Below, piece by piece: positions 63,984-64,000 of a stretch of 64,000 bases of DNA (positions are counted from its first letter, which is position 1; every line of letters starts with the position of its first letter). Origin of the DNA: Klebsormidium nitens (Eukaryota > Plantae > Klebsormidiophyceae); assembly GCA_000708835.1 (NCBI GenBank), contig DF237328.1:25647-89646 (forward strand). Reading direction: 5' to 3'. The notes under the pieces were generated by a model, which made no database searches, was not told the DNA's origin, and saw only the letters and a list, made by a program, of their open reading frames with translations. A program made the translations under genes and the position numbers.

Positions 63984-64000
63984 TTTTTTTTTTTTTTTTT
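63984..64000 (-). repeat. Poly(T) of at least 17 nt at the window edge (poly(A) on the minus strand)
   Basis: The run is truncated by the window end; it could be the tail of a retroposed element lying beyond 64000. Confidence 0.6.

Overview
Eukaryotic nuclear DNA with GC/CpG-rich exons and long GT-AG introns. A plastid-biogenesis gene (CCB2) and plant-type gene families indicate a green-lineage genome; it most resembles a streptophyte alga such as Klebsormidium (inference, not proven). I reconstructed six spliced genes by hand with phase-consistent exons: VPS34 class III PI3K (-, runs off the left edge), an RBR E3 ligase (+), a GHSxG lipase-like hydrolase (-), a WRKY19-type Cys/His 'HGGG' zinc-finger repeat protein (+), USP39/Sad1 (-) and CCB2/HCF208 (+). 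They form three head-to-head pairs. The window also holds a tandem trio of unknown small coiled-coil ORFs (two with N-terminal membrane anchors), a large unknown gene with nine ~53-aa coiled-coil repeats, and a decayed non-LTR retroelement in a VPS34 intron. The most striking unexplained structure is that many introns carry tandem 'echo' copies of the adjacent exon-intron junction (splice site plus 30-110 nt of exon). Several echoes differ from the live exon almost only at synonymous positions, which neutral decay of non-coding DNA does not predict. Three ORFs are broken by a G/C homopolymer that is one base short, most likely sequencing error. No rRNA, tRNA or CRISPR array was seen.
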